DNA from: Mobula hypostoma
Lineage: Eukaryota
Length of the DNA: 64,000 nucleotides
NCBI RefSeq assembly: GCF_963921235.1
Contig: NC_086108.1
Coordinates: 15,376,001 to 15,440,000, forward strand
Direction of reading: 5' to 3'
How positions within the stretch are numbered: the first letter of the stretch is position 1; every line of letters starts with the position of its first letter. The notes under the pieces are model-generated. The model ran no database searches, was not told where the DNA came from, and saw nothing but the letters and a program-made list of their open reading frames with translations. The position numbers were made by a program, and so were the translations under genes. Positions 40,948 to 52,322 of the stretch are shown piece after piece.

Positions 40948-43519
40948 CAGGGATGGGCAACCTATGGCGCATTGGATGATTAGAAGTGGCGCATTGCACC
41001 CCAGTGATAATAATAAAAAAATAAGCCTACTCATGCAAAAGGTATTAACCAAAAACAGATTTGTAGCAAAAAATATCTATAACAGGAATTCAAGTAGCTT
41101 AGAGCTAGAAATGGGTTTTACTGAGAATAAATCTAAAACTTAGCAATTATTTTTAGCGATTTTATTATTTCGTGCACGCCTTTTGGCGAATGTTATCTTC
41201 TTTCACATTAATCTGTTTACAATTAAAAAAAATGTTCAATGAGTAAAACTAGGAAAGAAGGACTTTTGTTCTGCAGTCATTCCATAACTGTTCAATACAC
41301 ATTTGGTACTTGTTTGATCCTGAGGTGCCAGGCGTCTGCACCAGCGGTGCATCGCAGGTTTTTACCAGTCAGTTTACAATTGACACTCGTGCACTGCGGA
41401 GTTGTCCTTTGTGAACATTTGCAGTTTTGTACTTTTTTGAAAATTAAGCCTTGTTTTTACATTCAGTTACCCATCACAGTGTAAAAGAAAATGAGCAAAA
41501 GAAAAGCAGAAAGTGATAGTAAGCGTGAATTCAATGAGCAGTGGGAAAATGAGTTCTTATTTATAGCGGGTCCGTCTGGAAAACCATTGTGCATTGTTTG
41601 TGAAAACACTTTTTCACATAATAGAAGACATGATCTTAAAAGACACTATAAAACACAACATCAGACTGAAATAGAAGGAAAACTGAAGCTAGTGCTTGGG
41701 TCTGAGTTACGGAAAGAATATGTGATTAAGAAAAAGAAATCAAAAGAAGACAAAATATATTTGTTAAAAGAAGTTGTGAAAGTTTGGCGATGACAGAAGT
41801 GTCCTACGGAATTGCTTTAGCATTGGCCAAAAAACGGAAGTCTTTCTCTGATGGAGAAGAAATTGTTAAGCCTTGTCTCCAAATATTTGCAAGATGTCTT
41901 GGTGATAAAAATATCGAAAGGAAAGTAGACAAAATTGCTCTGTCAAAGCAAACCGTTACGAGACGCACTAAAGAACTCTGTCATGATGTATCTGAGCAAC
42001 TGAAAGACCTTGTCCGTGCTTGTACTTTCTTTTCTTTAGCTTTGGACGAATCTGCTGACATATGTGATGTAGCCCAGTTAAGCATTTTTATAACAGGAAT
42101 TGATAATTTTAGCATCTTTGAAGAACTTATCTGTCTTGTCGCTTCATAGAAAAACAAGAGAATCAGACATATTTGACAAAGTAAAATCATGCCTAGAAAA
42201 TCTACAACTAGATTCTAGTAAGTTCATTGGTGTTTGTACTGACGGAGCACCGTCAATGATAGGTAAAGCCACTGGGACTACAACTTTGCTTGAAAACTTT
42301 TTAGGTCGTCCTCGACTAAAATATCACTGCATTATACACCAAGAGTCACTGTGTGGAAAAACTTTAAACTTGCAGCATGTTTTGTTACTGGTTTGAAATG
42401 CGTGAATAAAATTAGAGCAAGAGGATTAAACAGACGAGTTCAGAGAATATTGTGGCATGTTAGATTTGGAATATGGCAATCTCGTCCTTCATTGTGAGGT
42501 GTCTCAGCTTTCTAGAGGACAGGTTCTGAGTAGATTTTGGAAACTGAAAAATACTGTCATAATTTTCTAGAAGAGAAAAATGAGCTGCCTGAGGAAAGAG
42601 CCCTTTTATGTGATAACAATTGGCTATTTGATTTAGCGATTTTTGTTGATGTTACCAACCATCTCAATAACCTAAATTTGAAACTCCAGGGCAAGAACAA
42701 ATTGTTTCTTAGCTTAGTAAATGATGTCAATACATTCAAGATGAAGTTAAAACTGTTCACCTCTCAGTTAAAAAATGAGGATTTGGCCAGTTTCCACACT
42801 TAAAAGAGCAGAGTGAATGTGCTGAAGATAATTACAATTTTACAAAATATATTGAAAAAATCAGGTTATTGCAAGGGTCATTTGAAAGTCATTTTTGTGA
42901 TTTTGCTAAAGAAGAAGACTACATACTTGCATTTATAAACCCATTTAGTGAAAATGACCCACTAAGTGATAGTGAACAAAAAATCATGAAGATGTCTAGT
43001 TAACATACAAATGCAACTTATTGACTTGAAAACAAATTCATTATTGAACATGAAACTTGATGAGCTTCCCTCAGTCCCAAATGTTTCTGACATGATTAAT
43101 TTCTGGCGATCATTACCCTGTGAACGTTTTCCAGAACTAAGAAAATTTGCCCAGAGTTATATCTGTCGTTTCGGAACAACGTACAGATGTGAACAAGTAT
43201 TTTCAGACATGAAATTGATTAAAAACAAAACGAGGCACAATTGACTGATTCAAATTTGAAGAATTCTGTGCTGCTCTCAGTAATTAATTTAACTCCAAAC
43301 ATTAAAAGCTTGGTAAAATCAAAACAGACTCAAAAGTCTCATTAAGGTAAGTAATGTTTATATTGTTTTTATATTAAATCAATATATCATGTAAAAATGC
43401 TAAATATGTCTATATTAATGTATTACAAGAATTGAATGGGGGTACAGGAGTTGTAGGGCGCATCTGAACTCGTGCCTGAAAAAATTGACTCATGGAATAT
43501 AAAAGGTTGGCCACCCCTG
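40948..43519 (+). mobile_element. Full-length hAT DNA transposon (Buster/Charlie group, GTF2IRD2/SPIN-like transposase pseudogene ~41491-43345)
   Basis: Perfect 8-bp TSD ctttacat (40940-40947, 43520-43527); imperfect 16-bp TIRs cagggatgggcaacct / aggttggccacccctg; BED-like CIVC..HYKTQH, SLALDES, VCTDGAPSM, HCIIHQESLC, FGTTYRCEQVFS; several frameshifts. Confidence 0.93.
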
Positions 43520-43813
43520 CTTTACATAGATGCTGCCTGACCTGTTGAGTTCCTCCAGCATTTTTGTGTGTTACTTTGTCGGTGTCTTCCTTACAACCCA
43601 CACTGCCATCTAGCTGTAGTTCCCCATTATTTCTGAAAGGTTTTCTGTATCTTTGTGGTGAAAATAGGCAACACATTTATTTAATTTCTTTTCTGCTTCC
43701 CAGTTCCTCTTAGTAATTCTTTCTACCTCATTTCACATTTCATGAAGTAATTTCCTTTTCACATTTCTACATAAATTCTTGCAATCTTTGTCTTCCACTT
43801 ACTGTTGTTTTCT

Positions 43814-43957
43814 TAAAAATGCAAACAACAGGAACTCTGCAGGTGCTGGAAATTCAAGCAACACACATCAAAGTTGCTGGTGAACGCAGCAGGCGACTGT
43901 ACCTCTTCCTAGAGATGCTGCCTGGCCTGCTGTGTTCACCAGCAACTTTGATGTGTG
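43814..43957. mobile_element. Miniature palindromic Penelope-like-derived insertion
   Basis: Arms acacacatcaaagttgctggtgaac / gttcaccagcaactttgatgtgtgt; 15-bp TSD ttactgttgttttct at 43799-43813 and 43958-43972. Confidence 0.85.
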
Positions 43958-44771
43958 TTACTGTTGTTTTCTACTTTTTTGTCTTTATTTATTGTAACTT
44001 ATAGCAATTTTTATATCTTGTTCTGTACAGCTGTTGCAAAATTTCCTGACATGTAATTGACACATTGTAGGCTAAAGGGCCTGTGCTTTACCGTTCTATG
44101 TTCTATAATAAACCCGATTTTGATTCAATGCCTTGTTCCATTTTTGCTGAGTGCTGACATTTTCCTAGATCTTTTCTTTAGTATTCAGTAGCAGTATTAA
44201 AAACCTTTGATCTAGTATTGTCTTTCAGTTTATAGTTGTTCCAGTTTTTCTGCTGCTATTCATTTGCCTTAATATGATGTAATGTATTGAATCTTTAAGG
44301 TTCCCACCAGATTACGCTTCATGCTTTGAGCCCTAGTTTCAGACTGAACAAAAACACCTTAAATTCCTATGTAGCACTGTTGTAGAATACTCAGTGATAA
44401 TGTTCACAGTGACTCCTTAACTAGTAATTAATCACTTAACCCTTTCTTATCACACATTTCTCGTGTTAAAATAGCTTCATTGGTTCCTGTATATCCTGAT
44501 GTGGAAAACTGCTACTAATACAGGCTATGCATTTGTTTTTACACTATTACTGTTCCTTTGGATTGCCCAGTTAACATATAGAGCAAAGCTTGTATGTTTA
44601 TTGCATTACCTTTATTATTTGCATCCTTACTTTCCAGATTTACGACGCCCTGGTATTCCACTACTTAACTCCAATTCCCACTGATGTTTCCTGGCCCTCA
44701 TTGTTTCTCAGCTCCATCAAAAATGATTCCAGCTACAATCCTTCTCTCTACAACCTTTAATTGTTGAGTCT

Positions 44772-44878
44772 TAAACACAAACTACTCTGCAGATGCTGGG
44801 GACAAAGCAACACTCTCAACATGCTGGAGGAACTCAGCAGGTTGGGCAGCATCCATGGAAACGATCAGTCAACATTTC
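44772..44878 (-). mobile_element. Short Penelope-like terminal fragment with TSD
   Basis: ctgcagatgctgg...gctggaggaactcagcagg...gtcaacatttc; flanks aattgttgagtct / aattgttgggtct. Confidence 0.65.
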
Positions 44879-45671
44879 AATTGTTGGGTCTATCCCTTTT
44901 CCATTTTCCCATCTAAATGTTGAGAATCCTGGAATATACAATTCCTAACTGGGTCAGTTTGCAACTACGTTCCACTAATGTTAATTGGACTGTTCCAATC
45001 AGTGTCAGGTTTATGACCCAAATGCTGCAGAAAATTCTAAATGGTGTGCCTGCATGCCTTGATCTGTGAGCTGTCAATAATAGATATGGATTTTATTTGA
45101 TTGTGCTGATCTATAATTTCCCTGTGTCATACTCTTGTTCTTTTCCAGAATATACTTAAAAGGGAATACTTAATTGTTCATTAGAGACTAACAGTATTTG
45201 CATAGTTTGGAATTTACAATAAGTGTATATTTTGAGATCTTGGTGTATATTTTCTTCATAATGTGCTGTGGAAAGTTTTGTACATGAAATACAGATTTTC
45301 TACTCCATTCTGTAATGAAATTGGCATAATTATTGTCTCTGAATTCACTTAAAAACAATAATTTATAGCTTGCAGATCTGACAATTTCTGTCCAAAGAAA
45401 GAAATTCTTTCCAACATGTTCATATTACTTGTGTCATTTTCAATAAAATCTGTTTTATTCTACAAATTCCACAAACTCATGAGATCCTGCCTCCTGCAAC
45501 CCACATGGAAAACCTTAAGTGCATTTACAATTTGCCAGCCTTTTGGTATTCCACTGTAGAATGAGAAATGGCTGAGGTTTCAAAATAAATATGGTTTTGA
45601 TTCAGTTGCTGAAGCTATAAGGGAATGTCATGCTTTCAAGTCGGGGCATAGTTTTCAGCACTTTGATAGTT

Positions 45672-45935
45672 GATGCCACAGTGGCGCAACAGTTAATGTT
45701 GCTCCTGCACAGTTCCAGCAACCCATATTTGATGCGGACTTTCAGTGCTGTGTGCATGGGGTTTACAGGTTCTCTTTGTGACCATGCAGATTTCCTCTGG
45801 GTGCACTGGTTCCATCCCACATACCAGAGATGCAATGATGAGTTATTTGACCCAGTATAAATTGCCTCTAGTGTGGTTAACTGGCTGATGGGAGATGGAG
45901 GATGATAGGAATATGAAAGCAAATGGAGTGCAGGA
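45672..45935 (+). mobile_element. Old tRNA-derived V-SINE (HE1-like)
   Basis: cacagtggcgcaacagtta head and the V-domain-like gatttcctctgggtgcactggttccatcccaca. Confidence 0.6.
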
Positions 45936-46047
45936 GAATGAATTGAGGCAAACAACAGGAATTCTGCAGATGCTGGAAATTCAAGCAACATACATCAAAG
46001 TTGCTGGTGAACGCAGCAGGCCAGGCAGCATCTGTAGGAAGAGGTGC

Positions 46048-46083
46048 AGTCGACGTTTCAGGCTGAGACCCTTCGTCAGGACT
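46048..46083 (-). ncRNA. Minimal type-I hammerhead ribozyme motif (mirror copy)
   Basis: Reverse complement reads AGUC CUGACGA AGG gucucag CCU GAAAC GUC GACU. Confidence 0.72.
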
Positions 46084-47100
46084 AACTGAAGGCAGAGTGA
46101 GTAAGGGATTTGAAAGTTGGAGGGGGAGGGGGAGATGCAAAATGATAGGAGAAGACAGGAGGGGGAGGGATAGAGCCGAGAGCTGGACAGGTGATAGGCA
46201 AAAGGGGATATGAGAGGATCATGGGACAGGAGGTCCAGGAAGAAAGACGGTGGGGGGGGGTGACCCAGAGGATGGGCAAGAGGTATATTCAGAGGGACAG
46301 AGGGAGAAAAAGGAGAGTGAGAGTTGCATAAAAATGAGTAACAGATGGGGTACAAGGGGGAGGTGGGGCCTTAGCGGAAGTTAGAGAAGTCGATGTTCAT
46401 GCCATCAGGTTGGAGGCTACCCAGACGGAATACAAGGTGTTGTTCCTCCAACCTGAGTGTGGCTTCATCTTTACAGTAGAGGAGGCCGTGGATAGACATG
46501 TCAGAATGGGAATGGGATGTGGAATTAAAATGTGTGGCCACTGGGAGATCCTACTTTCTCTGGCGGACAGAGGTAGATGTTCAGCAAAGCGGTCTCCCAG
46601 TCAACATCTACGCTCTGTCCGCCAGAGAAAGCAGGATCTCCCAGTGGCCACACATTTTAATTCCACATCCCATTCCCATTCTGACATGTCTATCCACGGC
46701 CTCCTCTACTGTAAAGATGAAGCCACACTCAGGTTGGAGGAACAACACCTTGTATTCCGTCTGGGTAGCCTCCAACCTGATGGCATGAACATCGACTTCT
46801 CTAACTTCCGCTAAGGCCCCACCTTCCCCTCGTACCCCATCTGTTACTCATTTTTATGCAACTCTCACTCTCCTTTTTCTCCCTCTGTCCCTCTGAATAT
46901 ACCTCTTGCCCATCCTCTGGGTCACTCCCCCCCTTGTCTTTCTTCCCGGACCTCCTGTCCCATGATCCTCTCGTATCCCCTTTTGCCTATCACCTGTCCA
47001 GCTCTCGGCTCTATCCCTCCCCCTCCTGTCTTCTCCTATTATTTTGGATCTCCCCCTCCCCCTCCAACTTTCAAATCCCTTACTCACTCTTCCTTCAGTT

Positions 47101-47136
47101 AGTCCTGACGAAGGGTCTCGGCCTGAAACGTCGACT
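47101..47136 (+). ncRNA. Minimal type-I hammerhead ribozyme motif (PLE-associated)
   Basis: AGUC (stem I) - CUGACGA - AGG gucucgg CCU (stem II) - GAAAC - GUC - GACU (stem I'); complete catalytic core; stem III reduced to the palindrome ACGU; predicted cleavage after C47132. Confidence 0.75.
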
Positions 47137-47388
47137 GCACCTCTTCCTACAGATGCTGCTTGGCCGGCTTCGTTCACCAGCAACTTTGATGTATGTTGAA
47201 TGAATTGAGGCAGTGAGGTTCTTTGGAAGTCTCTGAGAGCAGTAGGACACCATAGGCCAAACAATCTCTTGTGCTGTAAGGAAATGTTACAATAGGACAC
47301 ATAAGTTTATGGTCAAAGTAGGTTAGTTGCAACTTCCCTTTTCTGTTTGAAGTACTGTTTGATGTTTTCTGTGTTTTGTGTTTTTTAG

Positions 47389-47455
47389 ATGTTTTGGTAT
47401 GCTTTTGAGCCCAGGGACAAATGTGCGGAATAGTGACATGCACCTGCTTGACATG
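47389..47455 (+). CDS. RABGAP1L: RABGAP1L internal coding exon D
   Basis: ttttttag|A acceptor, ATG|gtgag donor; 67 nt (phase 2 to 0); CFGMLLSPGTNVRNSDMHLLDM; too short for the ORF track. Confidence 0.92.
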
Positions 47456-47559
47456 GTGAGTTTGGAGTGAACAGATTAATTATGAGGTTAAATTCAAAAT
47501 TACTTATGTTGAAGTGCCAGCTATGACATAGGCACACTTTTGCCTCAGAAGGTGGTTTT

Positions 47560-50500
47560 GAGTGACTGAACTCAGGCCAGCATTACAGTGCAATGCAGAG
47601 AGAATATTTCAGTGTTAGAGCTGCATTCCTCTGAATCAGTGGACTGGTCCATGTTCAAGCACTCATCTAGCGATGTGAATGAATACACCAGGGTTTTAAT
47701 AGACTTGATTAAAACAGCTGTCGAAGAGTGTGTCCCACTAAATCGTTCAAAGTCTTCGTCAATCAGAAGCCCAGGATGAACCATGAGATCTGAAATTTGC
47801 TGAGGGCCATATCAGAGGTAGTCAAGGCTGGAGATAAAGAATGCTACAAGAGGTGCGGATATGATCTCCGGTAAACTATCTCACGGGTGAAGTGGAGATT
47901 CTGGACTAAACTGGAATCAACGAGGGATGCTTGACAGCTGTGGAAGGGTGGAATGCCATAACCTCCTACAAAGTTGAATCGAGTGACTTGGGGAACAATG
48001 GAGCTTCGCTTCACTTGCCTTCTATGGTTGATTTGCCCATCAGAACATTGAGAAACCATCACGAACCCCCACATCTCCTGATTATCTTTTGAGTTCAGTA
48101 TCTGAATCTGGCTTGCAGGCTGCCTTCTGGAGGGTGAATCCAAGGAAAGCATCTGGACCAGACAGAGTACCTGCTCATTTACTTCTACAGACCAGTGCTG
48201 GTGTGTTCACTGAGATCTTTAACCTCTCACGTTGGCATTGTGAGGTACCCACCTGCTTCAAGCAGGCTTCAATTATACCGGTGACTAAGAAGAGAATGGT
48301 GACCTACCTTACTGACAATCACCCAGTTGCACTTACATCCACAGTGATGAAGTGTTTTGAGAGGCTGGTGATGAAAGATATCAGCTCCCGTCTGAGTGGC
48401 AACTTGGATCCATTCCAATTTGCCTCCCGCACAACAGGTTCACAGCAGATGCCATTTAATTGGCTCTTCATACAACCCTGGAACATCTGAACAGCAAAGT
48501 TGCATACATCAGATGCTCTTTATCAATTACAGCTCAGCATTTAATTCCCTCATCCACTCAAAAAAAATCAATAAGCTCCAAGACGTTGGCCTCAATGCCT
48601 CTTTGTGCAATTAGATGCTGAATTTCCTCACTTGTAGACCCCAGTCAGTTCAGATTGGCAGCAACATCTCCTCAACATCAGCACAGCTCACCATAGGGCT
48701 GTATGCTTAGCCCCACGCTCTACTTGCATAACACCTATTGACTGTGTGGGTAAGCACAGCTCCAATACCATATTCACCTACGGACACAACTGATCGACAG
48801 ATGACGCAATAGCCACAGTTCTACGCACTGTCCTTACATATCTGGAAAGAAGGATGTTTATCTGAGAATGCTGTTCTTGGACTACAGTTCAGCATTCAAC
48901 ATCATAACCCCTCCAGGTTCGACAAGAGGTTCAGAGACCATGGCCTTCACCCTGCCTTGTGCAGCTGGATCCTGGCCTTCCTGTCAGATGGTAGGTGGTA
49001 AGAGTGGGCTCCCACATCTCTGCCCCTCTGACCCTCAACACAGGTGCCTCTCAAGGCTGTGTACTAAGCCCTGTCCTTTACTCTCTCTATACCCATGACT
49101 GTGTCGCCACCCACAGCTCCAATCTACTAATTAGTTTTGCTGGCGATACTACATTGATTGGCCTAATCTTGAATAATAACGAGGCAGTCTACAGAGAAGT
49201 CATCACCCTGACACAGTGGTGTCAAGAAAACAAACAAAGGAGCTGGTTGTGGACTACAGGAGAAATGGAGATTGGCTAACCCCTATTGGCATCAATGGAT
49301 TTGGGGGTTGAGAAGATGAACAGCTTTAAGTTCCTTGGCATACACATCATCGAGGATCTCACGTGGTCTATACATACCAGCTGTGTGGTGAAAAAAGCAC
49401 AACGGTGCCTCTTTCAGCTCCTGTCTGTTGAAGAAGTTTGTTATGGGCCATCAAATCCTAAGAACTTTCTACAGGGGCATAACTGAGAGCATCCTGACTG
49501 CTGCATCACTGCCTGGTAGGGAACTGTGTTTCCCTCGATCGCAGGACTCTGCAGAGAGTGCTGTGGACAGCCCAGCCCATCTGTAGATGTGAACTTCCCA
49601 CTATTCAGGACATTTACAAAGACAGGTGTGTAAAAAGGGCCCGAAGGGTCATTGGGGACCCGAGTCACCCCAGCCACAAACTCTTCCAGCTGCTACCGGG
49701 AAGCTGTACCGCAGCATAAAAGCCAGACTCCGGGACAGCTTCTTCCACTAGGCCATCAGACTGATTAATTCACACTAATAAAATTGTATTTTTATGTTAT
49801 ATTGACTGTCCTGTTGTACACACTATTTATTACAAATTACTATAAATTGCACATTGCACATTTAGACGGAGATGTAATGTAAAAATTTTTACTTATGTAT
49901 GTGAAGGATGTAAGTAATAAAGTCAATTCAATCTACTTCAAAGATGGTGATGAATCGGCATACAGGAGGGAGATTGAAAATTTTGCTGAGTGGCGTCAGA
50001 ACAACAACTTTTCACTTAATATTAGCAAGACTAAGGAACTGATTGTAGACTTCAAGAGAGGGAAACCAGAGGTCCATGAGCCAGTCCTCATTGGAGAATC
50101 AGAGGTGGAGAGGGTCAGCATCTTTTAATTCTTGGCTGTAACTATTTGAGAGGACCTGTCCTGCAAAGAAAGCACGGCAGCACTTCTACTTCCTTAGGAG
50201 TCTGTGGAAGTTCAGTACGATATCAAAAATTTTGACAAACTTCTGCAGATGTGTAGTGGAGAGTGTATTGACTGGCTGTATCACAGCCTGGTATGGAAGC
50301 ACCGATGTCTTTGAGCAGAAAATCCTACAAGTGGATTCAGCCCAGTACATCATGGGTAAAGCCTTCTCAACCACTGAGCACATCTACGTGAAATGTTGTC
50401 ATTGGAAAGCAGCAGCCATCATCAGAGATCCTCACCACCAACGCCATGCTCTTTTCTCACTGCTGCCATCAGGTAGAAGGTTCAGGACTTGCACCACTAG

Positions 50501-50820
50501 GTTCAAGAACAGTTACTACCCCACAACCATCAGGCTCTTGCCCATCCATTGAGATGTTCCCACAACCAATGATCTCACTTTCAGGACTCTTTATCTCATT
50601 ATCTCATGTTCTCATTATTTATTGTTATTTATTTTTATTTGCATTTGCACAGTTTGTTGTCTTCTGCACTCAGGATGATCTTTCACTGATCCTGTTATAA
50701 TTACTATTCTGTTGATTTGCTGAGTTTGCCTACAGAGAAATGAATTTCAGGGTTGTATGTAGTGATATATACTTAATGTACTCTGATAATAAAATTTACT
50801 TTGAACTTTGAATTTTGAAG
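47560..50820 (+). mobile_element. Decayed Rex1/Babar-type LINE interrupted by a second Rex1-type copy (~48780-49930)
   Basis: VNPRKASGPD, HPVALTSTVMKCFERLV, MLFLDYSSAFN, GASQGCVLSP, KTKELIVDF, VVESVLTGCITAWYG; two separate 3' tails (aataaagtcaattcaat at ~49916; aataaaatttactttgaactttg at ~50790). Confidence 0.82.
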
Positions 50821-51171
50821 TCCCATCTGCTATTTCAGTAGTTCAATAGTCCCGTTTAATAGCAGAGAAATGTATACAATATGCATCCTGAGATCCCTTT
50901 TCTTCATAGACATCCACAGAAACAGAAGAGTGCCCCAAAGAATGAGTGACAATAAAAATGTTAAAATCACAAAGCCCCCCCTTCCCACGCACAAGCAGCA
51001 GTCAAGCAATGCCCCTCCCCCACCTCCACCCACTTCTGCAAAAGAGCATCAGCACCCTCTACCCGCCAAGCAAGCAATAGCAAAGCTCCTAATAAAGGCT
51101 ATGATCTGCAGTACAACAAAAACTAATTGATCACCCAACAACTCAACATACCACAGGCGTGCGTGCGCATT

Positions 51172-51336
51172 CCCTCTCCCTCTCCCTCGCCCTCGCCCTC
51201 GCCCTCGCCCTCGCCCTCGCCCTCGCCCTCGCCCTCGCCCTCTCCTTCTCCTTCTCCCCTCCCCTCTCCCCCCCTCTTTCCTCTCTCTCTCTCGCTCTCT
51301 CTCCCTCTCCCTCTCCCTCTCCCTCTCCCCCTCTCT
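51172..51336. repeat. (CCCTCG)n / (CCCTCT)n / (CT)n compound microsatellite
   Basis: Direct reading; a (GA)n tract also lies at 51477-51502. Confidence 0.95.
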
Positions 51337-52219
51337 CAGAAAAGAGGTGCCTCCTTTCACAACAAGGGGGAAGACATAGCAAAACCACTCACTGGTTTAT
51401 GGTTTTAAGAACCTGTTAGGTTTTTTTTTCTGAGTTCTGTGACTTAGGAATTGTCAACAATCTTTCCCTTACCAATGAGAGAGAGAGAGAGAGAGAGAGA
51501 GAGCGGCTTGTTGAGTACACAGTCTCCGACAGCTGCTGACCCCAATGTTCTGTTTTCTCCCGCGATGCATCAGCTAAGTATTAGCTTGTCCTCAGGGCTG
51601 CGAAACCTCGGAACCCTGAAGGCACACTCAACTTCTAGGCTGCATCATTGGGATATCGAAAAGCAGCCATTCATGATCACCAAGAGCGGGCCCCGTCACC
51701 ACCAAGAATCGAAGTTTGAGTGTAACTCCAGCTCAGGGTCTTTAACAGAACCACACCCACCCTGAAAGGAATGAATTTAAGATTCTTCTGTATTTTCAAA
51801 GATGAGCAAAGTGTTCCCCTCTGGTTCAAAAGTGAAATCCTTTTATCAGAACTGGGGAACAGTAAATGGATGTTATAATTTAGAAGTGGGGTGAGTGAAG
51901 TGAGAGCCAATGAAGTGTGTGGAGGGCAGGGAGAGGAAATGACAGAAGAGATGATAGTACAAGTTGAAAAACTACGGAGATAATAAAGGCAAAAAAAAAC
52001 CAGGAATGTGAATGGGAAAGTGGCAAAGGAATTCACAAAGGCATTGTGGCATGTTGTCAGGCATTTCCCCATGATATTTGGATGATTGTAGTTGATGTGT
52101 TTTCCTTTGAAGGAGACAATGCTTCTTCAGTAGAGAGTATTTTCAGGGGTGTGGCACAACACTTTATCCTTTTGACATTTGCCTTCTGACTGCTGATTTT
52201 ATTTTTGTTTTGCTTTCAG

Positions 52220-52322
52220 GAGTCCATGGGGAAGAGTGCTGATGGGAAGTCCTATGTCATCACGGGGATATGGAACCCTAATGGTCCTGCCTTTCAGGCG
52301 CTGAATGAAGAAACTCCCAAAG
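52220..52322 (+). CDS. RABGAP1L: RABGAP1L internal coding exon E (DUF3694/kinesin-associated region)
   Basis: ctttcag|GAG acceptor, AAAG|gtaaaa donor; 103 nt (phase 0 to 1); [34 protein letters not shown]. Confidence 0.93.

Larger units (their letters stand above)
45951..47197. mobile_element. Penelope-like element insertion forming a ~1.2-kb inverted repeat
   Basis: Arms ~45986-46581 and ~46603-47198 are near-perfect reverse complements with a ~21-nt spacer; each arm has the GIY-YIG C-terminus (QHLRSVRQ..DLPVATHFNS..RLEEQHLVFRLGSLQPDGMNIDFSNFR*); 15-bp TSD gaatgaattgaggca at 45936-45950 and 47198-47212. Confidence 0.92.

Noticed and set aside
41491..43345. GTF2IRD2/ZBED-like host gene
   Set aside because: Multiple frameshifts and stops, and intact TIRs and TSD, show it is a transposon copy rather than a domesticated gene
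13281..47197. Recurring palindromic repeats as a possible CRISPR or REP-like array
   Set aside because: Dispersed, variable in length, TSD-flanked, in eukaryotic intronic DNA; no spacer periodicity and no cas genes
51049..51419. ORFs rich in RG, SP, AL and AR dipeptides
   Set aside because: They are translations of the (CCCTCG)n/(CT)n microsatellite; no splice or coding context
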